Virus record (IMG/VR): IMGVR_UViG_3300017613_000573
Coordinates: 1 to 35,632 of that record
Length of the DNA: 35,632 nucleotides
Strand: one strand, 5' to 3'
From: a virus
The notes below the pieces were generated by a model, which ran no database searches, was not told the origin of the DNA, and saw nothing but the letters and a program-made list of their open reading frames with translations. Position 1 is the first letter of the stretch, and every line of letters begins with the position of its first letter. Of the stretch, positions 12,808-21,386 are shown one piece after another. The position numbers and the translations under genes were made by a program.

Positions 12808-13363
12808 TATTAAATTCCGCACCCCTGAGATTCAGGAAAAAGGCCTCAAAGGAGATAGTTTAGTCTTAGTGGCTGATATCCCTCAAACCGTTAAATTATT
12901 CCAGGGTCAGCGCCTTAAAGTTAAAACCGGCGTGGCCATGAAAACGGATAACCATGCTTTCGCCATGGCTCTACGCGGTAATAACGAAATGGGCCTGGTG
13001 CTGGCTTGTGGTATGGAGCTCGTTAGCGACCAGGATGGCGAGGTCGAGATCCTGATGTGGAACCGAAACGCCCAAGGCACACCTCGAATGATCGAGATCA
13101 CCCCAATGATGCCTATTGCTCAGCTGTTATTTATGCCGGCTGCAGTTATTGAATTGCCAAAGGTAGAACAGGAAGAGACTGAGACTCAGCCAGAAACAGA
13201 AAAAACCCTGGAGCAGCTTGGCATTAAAGATCTGAGGGCTATTTTGGATATGAAAGCCCAGGACCAAGGTATAGAAACGGCCATGTATAAGCAGAAGGAT
13301 ACTAAATCTGAGCTTATCGCTTTAATTCGTGGATCTGGTAACGATGGCCAAGAAACAGGATAA
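12800..13363 (+). CDS. Divergent dUTPase-fold protein with a C-terminal HeH/Rho_N (SAP-like) motif
   Basis: Degenerate dUTPase motifs are present: KTGVAM, ALRGNNEMGL, ELVSDQDGEVEILMWN, PIAQLLF. The C-terminus TLEQLGIKDLRAIL...KSELIALI is HeH-like. Confidence 0.55.
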   Translation: MFDIKFRTPEIQEKGLKGDSLVLVADIPQTVKLFQGQRLKVKTGVAMKTDNHAFAMALRGNNEMGLVLACGMELVSDQDGEVEILMWNRNAQGTPRMIEITPMMPIAQLLFMPAAVIELPKVEQEETETQPETEKTLEQLGIKDLRAILDMKAQDQGIETAMYKQKDTKSELIALIRGSGNDGQETG

Positions 13364-13649
13364 ATATACCAAAAGCTCCAGGGGTAAACCGTGTCTGATC
13401 CGGATCCCTGGCTATTGTAAGCCGGCCCCTGAAAATGAAACTACGGTTTTATGCCATCTTAATGGCGGGGGTATGGCTTCAAAAAATCTAAATATACACG
13501 CGGCCGATGGCTGTAATGTCTGCCATGATATTGTCGATGGCCGAATGCAGAACACCGGCTTTACACCTGAGGAGATCGAGCTCATGTTTCTGCAGGGCGT
13601 TATCCGTACTCAGATAAGAATGGTTAATGATGGAACCTTAAAGCTTTGA
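13344..13649 (+). CDS. YbcO-like (DUF1364) putative nuclease
   Basis: RGKPCLIRIPGYC...ETTVLCHL...GCNVCHDIVDGR matches the conserved Cys/His pattern of E. coli prophage YbcO. Confidence 0.75.
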   Translation: MAKKQDKYTKSSRGKPCLIRIPGYCKPAPENETTVLCHLNGGGMASKNLNIHAADGCNVCHDIVDGRMQNTGFTPEEIELMFLQGVIRTQIRMVNDGTLKL

Positions 13650-13990
13650 ATCACTGGGAGGATAACGAACAAACAGCTCTTTTTCAGTGGGCGGCTCATT
13701 ACAAGGAATTGCGCTGGCTCCATGCGATCCCTAACGGTGGTAAGCGGCATAAAAAAGTAGCCATAAAGCTTAAGGCTCAGGGATTAAAGTCTGGCGTATT
13801 GGATATATTTTTGCCTAAAGCTCGCCAGGGGTTCCATGGGTTATATATTGAGATGAAGGTAGGAAAAAATAAATTAACCGCTAACCAGGCCGATTTTAAG
13901 GCCGAGGCCGATGCTGAGGGATATCGATGTGAGGTATGTTATTCCTGGGATGAGGCGAGAATTGTAATTAAGGATTACATGAATTTATGA
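13646..13990 (+). CDS. VRR-NUC domain nuclease
   Basis: EQTALFQW...HAIPNGG...LKAQGLKSGVLDIFLP...GLYIEMKVGKNKLTANQ matches the VRR-NUC PD-(D/E)xK pattern. TTG start overlaps the upstream stop. Confidence 0.8.
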   Translation: MNHWEDNEQTALFQWAAHYKELRWLHAIPNGGKRHKKVAIKLKAQGLKSGVLDIFLPKARQGFHGLYIEMKVGKNKLTANQADFKAEADAEGYRCEVCYSWDEARIVIKDYMNL

Positions 13991-14202
13991 ACGATAATAC
14001 TCTCAACTGGGTTATACCCGCTATCACTCTAGGCTATGCAGTAGTCCAGGACCGTGACGGGCGCCTGAGGTTTTTCTCCGAGGATGTTGAGATCGTACAC
14101 AGGAAAGGGGGCTGGATCGGGCGGGATAACGTGGATCCAGATCGAGAATATTTAGACTTGCCTCATGCCCTGCAGGGTGAGGCCTGGAGGTTGCCGGAAT
14201 GA
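13987..14202 (+). CDS. Hypothetical protein (71 aa)
   Basis: Coupled start (ATGA). No motif recognised. Confidence 0.5.
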   Translation: MNDNTLNWVIPAITLGYAVVQDRDGRLRFFSEDVEIVHRKGGWIGRDNVDPDREYLDLPHALQGEAWRLPE

Positions 14203-14519
14203 CAGATAAAATGCCAGATTTACTTCCTTGTCCGTTTTGTGGTGATCAGCCTCGTTCTTTCCATGATAAAAGTTCGGATTATGAGGCGCATTGGAGCTGG
14301 TCAGTAGTGTGTGAATGTGGTGGCGAAGTAAATCATGAATTTGATACAGAAAAAGAAGCCATAGAATGCTGGAACACCCGAACCCCCGCTGACCTTCAAG
14401 CGCTTAAGGAGAGGGTTATGAAAGAGGTTGAGAATGAATTAAGCAAGTACGATATACCTTTATTGGCGACAATAAAAGCTCAACAGGCAATCAACAAAGC
14501 ATGGGAGGGGATGGAGTGA
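14199..14519 (+). CDS. Lar-like restriction-alleviation family protein, paralog 1
   Basis: LLPCPFCG...VVCECGG...EKEAIECWNTR matches the Lar (Rac prophage) zinc-ribbon pattern. Confidence 0.7.
   Translation: MTDKMPDLLPCPFCGDQPRSFHDKSSDYEAHWSWSVVCECGGEVNHEFDTEKEAIECWNTRTPADLQALKERVMKEVENELSKYDIPLLATIKAQQAINKAWEGME
14370..14418 (+). repeat. 49-nt near-identical repeat, copy 1 (tggaacacc...gaccttcaagcgcttaaggagagggtta)
   Basis: Compared by eye with 14690-14738. The last 28 nt are identical and there are a few mismatches before that. The copies are 320 bp apart. Confidence 0.8.
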
Positions 14520-14851
14520 GTGAATTAAAACCGTGTCCGTTTTGTGGCTATGAGTTACCGGATTATGAGGGGCTTATAAAAGCTGTAAATGATGAAGATG
14601 GGATATTACAACATCCTACAGGTGTTTGTTGTTCAAATTGTGGATGCTATCAAGTTGGGGGCGAAACAATAGAAGATGCAATCAAAACATGGAACACCAG
14701 AAACCCCGCCGACCTTCAAGCGCTTAAGGAGAGGGTTAAGGGGATGAAGAAGCCTGAAACCTGTGGAGCAGGGGATATTGATTGTGGAGGCAAATACAAT
14801 CAAGCCATTAACGATGTACTTGAAGCAATCAAAGCATGGGAGGAGAAATGA
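14501..14851 (+). CDS. Lar-like restriction-alleviation family protein, paralog 2 (start may be the GTG at 14516)
   Basis: LKPCPFCG...CCSNCGC...IEDAIKTWNTR. It shares the ADLQALKERV segment with paralog 1. Confidence 0.7.
   Translation: MGGDGVSELKPCPFCGYELPDYEGLIKAVNDEDGILQHPTGVCCSNCGCYQVGGETIEDAIKTWNTRNPADLQALKERVKGMKKPETCGAGDIDCGGKYNQAINDVLEAIKAWEEK
14690..14738 (+). repeat. 49-nt near-identical repeat, copy 2
   Basis: See copy 1. It lies at the equivalent position in the second Lar-like gene. Confidence 0.8.
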
Positions 14852-15075
14852 GCGAATGCGGACATAGTTTATATAACAAAACTTGTGGGTTGTGCAAAGA
14901 GAAACTATACACCCAATCCCAACTAGACGAGCTATTAAGACAGCAGCGAGAGGCTTGCTGGGATTCATTTTGTACTATTCCAAAATATAGCAGGCCAATG
15001 ATGGAAGGTGATTTCTATAAGGCTAAAAAAGCAATCCTAAACGCCAAAGTTTTGGAGGAAGATGATGGGCATTAA
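14848..15075 (+). CDS. Small Cys-rich protein (75 aa)
   Basis: GGGAGGAG RBS and an ATGA overlap. CGHSLYNKTCGLC is a possible zinc knuckle. Confidence 0.5.
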   Translation: MSECGHSLYNKTCGLCKEKLYTQSQLDELLRQQREACWDSFCTIPKYSRPMMEGDFYKAKKAILNAKVLEEDDGH

Positions 15076-15607
15076 ATTAACACAAGAAGCCTTAAAAAAT
15101 CTGCTCGATTATAATCAGGAAACAGGCGTGTTTTTATGGAAAGACAGAGAAGACAACAGGCTAAATTGGAACAAGAGATACTCAGGAAAAGTGGCTGGAT
15201 GTATACGAGATGGACAGTATATAGATATTTCTATCTATAAAAAAACTTATCTGGCTCATAGACTGGCTTGGCTTTATGTTTACGGCAAATGGCCTGATCA
15301 TCAAATAGATCATATTAACGGATTAAAAGCAGATAATAGAATTATTAATTTAAGGGATGTCACACCAGCAGAGAATTGCAAAAATATTTTAATGTCGGAT
15401 AGGAATACATCAGGAATAACTGGTGTTCATTGGACTACTACTGATAAACATTGGATTTCAGTAATAAGAGCAAATAATAACTACATTTATTTAGGCATGT
15501 TTAAAGGTAAATTCGAGGCTTGTTGTGCCCGTAAATCAGCAGAGATTGAATATGGTTTCCATGAAAATCATGGTAATAAGCGAATTAGCAAGGAAGGTGT
15601 GGAGTGA
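15062..15607 (+). CDS. HNH homing endonuclease with an AP2-type DNA-binding domain
   Basis: LAHRLAWLYVYGKWPDHQIDHINGLKADNRIINLR is an HNH_3 motif. SGITGVHW...WISVIRANNNYIYLGMF is AP2-like. The gene is AT-rich relative to its flanks. Confidence 0.8.
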   Translation: MMGIKLTQEALKNLLDYNQETGVFLWKDREDNRLNWNKRYSGKVAGCIRDGQYIDISIYKKTYLAHRLAWLYVYGKWPDHQIDHINGLKADNRIINLRDVTPAENCKNILMSDRNTSGITGVHWTTTDKHWISVIRANNNYIYLGMFKGKFEACCARKSAEIEYGFHENHGNKRISKEGVE

Positions 15608-15894
15608 ATGAAAAAGAATTTAATTTGAAGTGTGCAGATTATATGGGTTACGAATATGTTAGTGCAAACGATGTTCGCGTATTCAGTGAGAGTGAAGATA
15701 CTTACACATTTAACCCCTATTTAGATGCTAATTCACGCAACAAGGTTATTGAGAAGATGCGGATAAATACAGAATGGGGAGCAGGTCAGCAATCATGGTT
15801 ATGCAGGCAATTTGGCAGACATTATCACTGGGATGATTCAATGGAAGCCGCTCAGATAGCCTGTATTACTAAGGTATTGGAGAGTAAACAATGA
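15604..15894 (+). CDS. Hypothetical protein (96 aa)
   Basis: GTGA overlap start. No confident motif. Confidence 0.5.
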   Translation: MNEKEFNLKCADYMGYEYVSANDVRVFSESEDTYTFNPYLDANSRNKVIEKMRINTEWGAGQQSWLCRQFGRHYHWDDSMEAAQIACITKVLESKQ

Positions 15895-16283
15895 GTAGGG
15901 AAGAGGATGATATTCGCCGCAATATCGGAGGCTTTGATAATTTAAGCCAGGACAAAAAAGAAAGGATGCGGATATCCAGGCTTAAGAAGGCCGAGCGGAA
16001 AAAGAAAAAGGAAACACTACGGAAAGCTAATAATTTTGATCATATCCTCAAGGAGTGTATTAAGTTATTTTCAGAGGATAAACTGGACGAGGGTGCTGAG
16101 GCCGTGGCTGAGATGGCGCATATTTGGAAGTCTGGAGGCCAGGATATCAATAGCTTTCTGGACCTGATGAAATATGTAGAGGACCAGGCGATCGAGATAT
16201 CTGGCGCTGGAGAGTTGTTAAGGGTGCGGATCCGTGAGGCCCTGAAAAGGCAAAGGAATAAAACAGGGGTTATAATTCATTAA
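15891..16283 (+). CDS. Hypothetical protein (130 aa), with a basic stretch KKAERKKKKE
   Basis: ATGA overlap start. Unknown family. Confidence 0.5.
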   Translation: MSREEDDIRRNIGGFDNLSQDKKERMRISRLKKAERKKKKETLRKANNFDHILKECIKLFSEDKLDEGAEAVAEMAHIWKSGGQDINSFLDLMKYVEDQAIEISGAGELLRVRIREALKRQRNKTGVIIH

Positions 16284-16516
16284 TGAAGTTATCTAAATAT
16301 TATAATTCACTGTTTGAGCCTGGATGTGATGCCCCGGCTGAGACTATTAGCCGGATAATTAAACAGCCATTTTTTGGAAGATCTAATTTTATTATGAGCC
16401 GGTATTTTCACAGCCATATTTATACGGCTATAGGATCGCCTGAGTTTGTTCGTATGGCCACGGATATTGTGATTAATGATGTTGTTGAGCTAGATAGGCG
16501 AATACGTAATGGCTAA
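16283..16516 (+). CDS. Hypothetical protein (77 aa)
   Basis: TAATG junction. Unknown family. Confidence 0.5.
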   Translation: MKLSKYYNSLFEPGCDAPAETISRIIKQPFFGRSNFIMSRYFHSHIYTAIGSPEFVRMATDIVINDVVELDRRIRNG

Positions 16517-17072
16517 AAAGATCGCAAAAGCTAAAACACACCTGGACTGTACGCCTAAAGAGGATGCTCTGGCTCGAGATCATGCTTTAACTACTAATAC
16601 TCTACAGCAAAATTATGTGGTAGCCGGCTATTCAGACCATGGCCAAAACAATAGACAGCTGGCATCACAGGTATTACAGCGCCCTCATGTAGCCGAGCGG
16701 GTTGATTATTATAAGGCTATGATGGCGGCTAAGCTTGATATCAGGGCTGAGCGTATAACGGCCGAATTTGCAGCTCTGGCCTTTGTTGATCCGATTGATG
16801 TGTTTGATATTAAGGATGGTGTGGTGACAGTAAAGGATCTGGATCAAATTCCTCCATGGGCCAGGCGGGCGATTATGTCAGTAAAGAGTAAGCGGACCGT
16901 AAACCTGAGCGAATCAGGCGATGAGTACGAAACAACAGAGATCGAGGTTAAATTTCACCCCAAAACTGCAGCACTTACTAAACTGGCCGAAATTAAGAAT
17001 ATGTTTAAAGAAAGCAACAAAGCCAAGGCGCCACAAGTGCATCTTGATCTATCATTTTCGGGAGCGAGATAA
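16509..17072 (+). CDS. terS: Terminase small subunit
   Basis: NTLQQNYVVAGYSDHGQNNRQLASQVLQRPHV resembles the Terminase_2 HTH region. It lies upstream of terL. Confidence 0.7.
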   Translation: MAKKIAKAKTHLDCTPKEDALARDHALTTNTLQQNYVVAGYSDHGQNNRQLASQVLQRPHVAERVDYYKAMMAAKLDIRAERITAEFAALAFVDPIDVFDIKDGVVTVKDLDQIPPWARRAIMSVKSKRTVNLSESGDEYETTEIEVKFHPKTAALTKLAEIKNMFKESNKAKAPQVHLDLSFSGAR

Positions 17073-17239
17073 TGGCAGTATTATTAATTCACGGAGTATT
17101 AACTAACCCTTATGTATATGCTCTATTATTTATATCTACGCCTTTCCTCGATTAAAGGGACTGAGCTCAGAATGTTTTTTTATAGCCTGGCGATATCGAT
17201 CGCCTTTAACTGGTTTTGTGCTTTTGTGGGGAGTATTTG

Positions 17240-17377
17240 ATGATGTATGCCTGGTATATGGAGCATTTTATGTGCTGGTGTGTCATGGAGCCAGTAGGCG
17301 GGATGTGTGCTCAATTAGTTTGCAAGTGCGAATCTGAGGCTGAGGCCATAGCTCTGGCGGCACTAGGTAACGAATGA
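17240..17377 (+). CDS. Candidate 45-aa Cys-rich micro-protein, translationally coupled to terL
   Basis: GGGGAG lies 6 nt upstream of the ATG. The TGA stop overlaps the terL ATG (ATGA). It contains CWC and C..VCKC. Confidence 0.35.
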   Translation: MMYAWYMEHFMCWCVMEPVGGMCAQLVCKCESEAEAIALAALGNE

Positions 17378-18906
17378 GCGCCCATATATCAGAATTTATC
17401 CCAGCTGAGGAAGCGGATCAGCTCTATCAATATGATGATTATTACGAGATTGCTCGCGGTGAGTTTCTTATCGATGATCAGGCGGCCAATGATAGCGAGG
17501 GCGTAACACTTCCATATCTCTACCAGGCCAGGACTTACCAGGTCCCTGTCTGGGATGCTTTTTTCCCTGACACAAAGCTAAACCCGCTGGCTGAGGCTGT
17601 TAAGCGTATTGTCCTGGTATGGCATAGGCGAGCCGGCAAGGATAAAACTTGTGTAAATCTCCTGATATCCAAAATGGTGGAGCGTAAGGGGTATTATCTT
17701 TATCTATTGCCTAAACAGACTCAGGCCCGGAAAGTTATCTGGAAGGGTATCGGCAAGGAGCAAAAGGATCCGGAGACTGGTGAGATTATACCGGGCGTCA
17801 AATTCCTGGATCACTTCCCTGAGGAGCTGATAGCCAATGTAAACAACACCGAAATGACGGTCGAGTTCATTAATGGCTCGATATGCCAGCTGGGCGGATC
17901 CGACTCATACGACGCTATGATGGGGACTAATCCGGTCGGGATCGTTTTCTCTGAATATTCCCTGCAAAACCCCATGGCCTGGGATTACTTCCGGCCTATC
18001 CTGGCGGAGAATGATGGCTGGTCTATCTTCGAGTACACGCCTCGAGGGAAAAATCACGGCTATTACATGAGTGAACAGGCCAAAGCTTTATCCAGAAAGG
18101 ATAGATCTGGCTGGTTTCACCAGGTTCTCACTGTTACTGATACCAAAGCCATCCCGCTCGAGGCCGTTGAGGCTGAGCGTGAGGCTGGAATGTCGGATGA
18201 GATGGTGGACCAGGAGTTCTATTGCAGCTTTGATGCCTACAATAAGGGCTCGATATTTGGTAAACAGATCCAGCTCGCCTGGAAAGAGAAAAGAATTAAG
18301 CATGTACCTGTAACGCCCGGCGTGCCTGTCTCGACTTTTTGGGATATCGGGGTATCAAAGGGATCCGCTAATAAGAATACAATCTGGTTTGCTCAGCTGG
18401 TCGATGGCCAGGCAAGGATAGTTCACTATTATGAAAATGACGACGAGGGCCTCCCTCATTATCTTGCTTATATTAACGCCTGGGCTAAAGAGCGCGACGT
18501 TACATTCGGCCTACACTGGGCTCCCCACGATATCCAAGTTAGAGAATGGACCTCAAAGAAAAAGAGAATCGACACCGCAAAAGCCGCGGGCATTACGTTT
18601 AAACAGGTTCCGAATATTCCAAAATCTGACGGTATCGAAGCGGCGAAAGCGTTTATCGCCCGCTGCACGTTTGATGAGGCGCAATGTAAAACGGGGATAA
18701 CTTGCTTAACTGACTATAGTTATAAATACGATGAGAAGCTTAAGGTGTTCAAACTGGAGCCTATCCATAACTGGGCCGCTGGAGGCTCTGATAGCTTTCG
18801 CATGATGGCAGTAGCCTGGAAGGATGAACTAATGAAGCCAATACCTAAGGCGCCAATACAGGGCGCTATGGCCACACCACAAAACGACTGGAGTCCTTTC
18901 GGATAA
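17374..18906 (+). CDS. terL: Terminase large subunit
   Basis: HRRAGKDKT is Walker A-like and VGIVFSEYS is Walker B-like. C-terminal nuclease motifs are FWDIGVS and GGSDSFRMMA. It is 510 aa. Confidence 0.9.
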   Translation: MSAHISEFIPAEEADQLYQYDDYYEIARGEFLIDDQAANDSEGVTLPYLYQARTYQVPVWDAFFPDTKLNPLAEAVKRIVLVWHRRAGKDKTCVNLLISKMVERKGYYLYLLPKQTQARKVIWKGIGKEQKDPETGEIIPGVKFLDHFPEELIANVNNTEMTVEFINGSICQLGGSDSYDAMMGTNPVGIVFSEYSLQNPMAWDYFRPILAENDGWSIFEYTPRGKNHGYYMSEQAKALSRKDRSGWFHQVLTVTDTKAIPLEAVEAEREAGMSDEMVDQEFYCSFDAYNKGSIFGKQIQLAWKEKRIKHVPVTPGVPVSTFWDIGVSKGSANKNTIWFAQLVDGQARIVHYYENDDEGLPHYLAYINAWAKERDVTFGLHWAPHDIQVREWTSKKKRIDTAKAAGITFKQVPNIPKSDGIEAAKAFIARCTFDEAQCKTGITCLTDYSYKYDEKLKVFKLEPIHNWAAGGSDSFRMMAVAWKDELMKPIPKAPIQGAMATPQNDWSPFG

Positions 18907-19316
18907 TGCCCCTGGCTAAATTTAAACGAGAAACCTTGCTCCATGGTAAAAGCCTGGCGGACTATTACATCGTGTTTAAACCCTCTGAGCTCAATATGCC
19001 ATTTATCGATCGAGGCTTTTCTCATTGCTACGCGATGAAATGGGACGGCTACAACTGGATGATGATTAACCCGGCGCTGGGCTTTACTGATATCTTTATT
19101 TTACCGAGCTATGATCCAGATATCCGCGTCGCGCTTGCAGATGAGCCATATACAGATATAATCCGAGTAAGCGCCTGGCGTAAGATCAATCGATGGCGCA
19201 CCCCTTGGCCGGTAGCTTTTACATGCGTTGAACAAATTAAAGCGGTTTTAGGGATATCTGCCTGGTGGATCATTACGCCAAAGCAATTATACAAACACTT
19301 GGGAGGTCCAAAATGA
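18906..19316 (+). CDS. Hypothetical protein (136 aa) between terL and the portal gene
   Basis: TAATG junction. Unknown family. Confidence 0.55.
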   Translation: MPLAKFKRETLLHGKSLADYYIVFKPSELNMPFIDRGFSHCYAMKWDGYNWMMINPALGFTDIFILPSYDPDIRVALADEPYTDIIRVSAWRKINRWRTPWPVAFTCVEQIKAVLGISAWWIITPKQLYKHLGGPK

Positions 19317-19516
19317 CCACGCTATTAAGTAAGCCAAAGATGCCAGCAAAATCGGCCGAGCAGTTAGCTGGCGAAAAACATCAAGCCGATGAGATTAAAC
19401 GATTAAAAGCGGAAGAAAAGGCCAGGAAAGGTGCGTTAATTCGTGGCCAGGGCGGTCGAGCTTCCTTGATATCTGGATCTGAGAAGGGCGTCCAGACCAA
19501 AGAGACACTGGGTTAA
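19313..19516 (+). CDS. Small basic protein (67 aa)
   Basis: GGGAGG RBS and an ATGA overlap. K/R/E-rich. Confidence 0.5.
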   Translation: MTTLLSKPKMPAKSAEQLAGEKHQADEIKRLKAEEKARKGALIRGQGGRASLISGSEKGVQTKETLG

Positions 19517-21060
19517 TGCCTTTTAATCTGCCTCCAGCGCTGGGCGACGTAAGCGCACTTATAGCCCGATGTGCTGCAGCTGTTAAGCGGAAACAGCCAT
19601 GGGAGACTCACTTATCCCAGTGTTATCGTTATGCAATCCCTTATCGAGAAACATTTTACAATTATTCACCCGGCCAAAAGAAAAACCAGGATATCTATGA
19701 CTCCACAGCGGTTATTGGTGTAAAGAAATTCGCCAGCCGCACACAGGCCACACTAACCCCGGCCTGGCGCAAATGGGTAAGCTTAGTCCCTGGGTCCGAT
19801 GTTCCAGAAAAGGATCGCGAAGAAGTACAAAAGGGCTTGGACAAAACAGCGGAAATTTTCTTTGATCATTTAAATCATTCTAATTACTCACAGCAAGCCC
19901 ATGAGGCTTTCCTGGATCTAGCGATATCCACAGGATCCCTGACTATGGAAGAAAGCGACGGCGATTCAGCTTTTGCTTTTAATGCCATACCTTTATCTGA
20001 GATTAACCCGGAGGAAGGCCCTAACGGCACGATCGAGACTAACTGGCGTAAATACAAAGTACCCGCCAGAAATATCGAGCGAATCTGGAAAGGCGCGGAT
20101 TTAAACGAAAACCTTAAAAAAATAGTAAAGGAGAGCCCAGACGAAAAGATCGCATTAACTGAGGGCACAGTTTACGAGCCACAATCAGAAAAAACTTATA
20201 ATGTTGTGGTCTACGAGGATGATCAGCATTTGGTTTACATGGCTGATTATGAAGTAAGCCCGGTGATTATCTTCCGTGAGATGGTGGTCCCTGGCGAGGT
20301 GCTGGGCCGTGGTCGCGTAATGAATGTATTGCCGGATATCCTAACCGCTAATAAGGTGGTGGAGTTCGTTTTACGTAATGCAGCTCTGGCGATATCTGGT
20401 GTATATACAGGCACTAGCGACGGCGTAATGAATCCCTGGACTATGCGGGTAGCGCCTGGCCAGGTTATCCCGGTTGAGTCTAATGATAACGCTAACCCGA
20501 GCTTAAGAGCTCTGGAGCGCTCCGGAGATTTTTCCGTGGCCGAGCTTATCCTTTCGGATCTACGTGGAAACATTAACTCAGCTTTATTTGCTGAACCTTT
20601 TGGAGATGTTGAGGGCGCGGTTAAGTCTGCGACTGAGGTATCGCTGAGGGGGCAGGAGGCTCTGATGGATAGCGGCTCTGATTATGGCCGGCTCCAGACT
20701 GAGTTTATTGAAAAGATTATTAAACGCGGTATTTATATCCTGGGTAAACAGGGAAAAATCCCTAAGATCCGGGTCGATGGCCGTGAGGTAACAATTAAGC
20801 ACACATCTCCCCTGGCTCGAGCTCAGGATCAAGAGGATCTATTGGCTTATGATCAATACATGCAGCGACTAGCGCCTCTCGGTCAAGAGGTTATGATGTT
20901 AGGCGTTAAAATGGAGGACGTGCCTGGTTACTTAGGAGAAAAGCTTGGCATACCTCAAGACCTGCAGCGTGATAAGCCGGAACGTGAGGAGCTTATGCAA
21001 ATGGTAGCTAAGATGATTGCAGATCAACAGATGGCCGCACAGGAGGCTCCAGCGCAATGA
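19516..21060 (+). CDS. Portal (head-to-tail connector) protein, podovirus type
   Basis: It is 514 aa and follows terL. The N-terminal pattern (SQCYRYAIPYRETF...IYDSTAVIGVKKFASRTQATLTPAWRKW) is typical of podoviral connectors. Confidence 0.8.
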   Translation: MPFNLPPALGDVSALIARCAAAVKRKQPWETHLSQCYRYAIPYRETFYNYSPGQKKNQDIYDSTAVIGVKKFASRTQATLTPAWRKWVSLVPGSDVPEKDREEVQKGLDKTAEIFFDHLNHSNYSQQAHEAFLDLAISTGSLTMEESDGDSAFAFNAIPLSEINPEEGPNGTIETNWRKYKVPARNIERIWKGADLNENLKKIVKESPDEKIALTEGTVYEPQSEKTYNVVVYEDDQHLVYMADYEVSPVIIFREMVVPGEVLGRGRVMNVLPDILTANKVVEFVLRNAALAISGVYTGTSDGVMNPWTMRVAPGQVIPVESNDNANPSLRALERSGDFSVAELILSDLRGNINSALFAEPFGDVEGAVKSATEVSLRGQEALMDSGSDYGRLQTEFIEKIIKRGIYILGKQGKIPKIRVDGREVTIKHTSPLARAQDQEDLLAYDQYMQRLAPLGQEVMMLGVKMEDVPGYLGEKLGIPQDLQRDKPEREELMQMVAKMIADQQMAAQEAPAQ

Positions 21061-21362
21061 GCAAATCAGAGGACTTATTAAAACAGCTTGAGGGCTGGGG
21101 CGCCCTGGATCTCGAGAGCGAGGCCCTGGATGAGATCCGCGCCGAGCAGGAAAAAGAGGGCCGAAGCATGGCCAGCTTATTCCACCAGGCTTTCGTCCAA
21201 AATGAAGCGGGCAAGATCATCCTGGATATTATGATCAAACAAACAATTTTAAAACCGACGGTCACACCTAACGCGACTCAATTCGAGGCAGGTATCCGAG
21301 AGGGCCGCGCTGATATGGTCCGTCAAATTCTTTTAAACATCGAGCTCGCTGAGGGCTCTTAA
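21057..21362 (+). CDS. Conserved small head-module protein (101 aa)
   Basis: ATGA overlap. Its position between portal and scaffold matches BPP-1-like phages. Confidence 0.55.
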   Translation: MSKSEDLLKQLEGWGALDLESEALDEIRAEQEKEGRSMASLFHQAFVQNEAGKIILDIMIKQTILKPTVTPNATQFEAGIREGRADMVRQILLNIELAEGS

Positions 21363-21386
21363 CTCTCTACCCTGGAGAATCCCATA

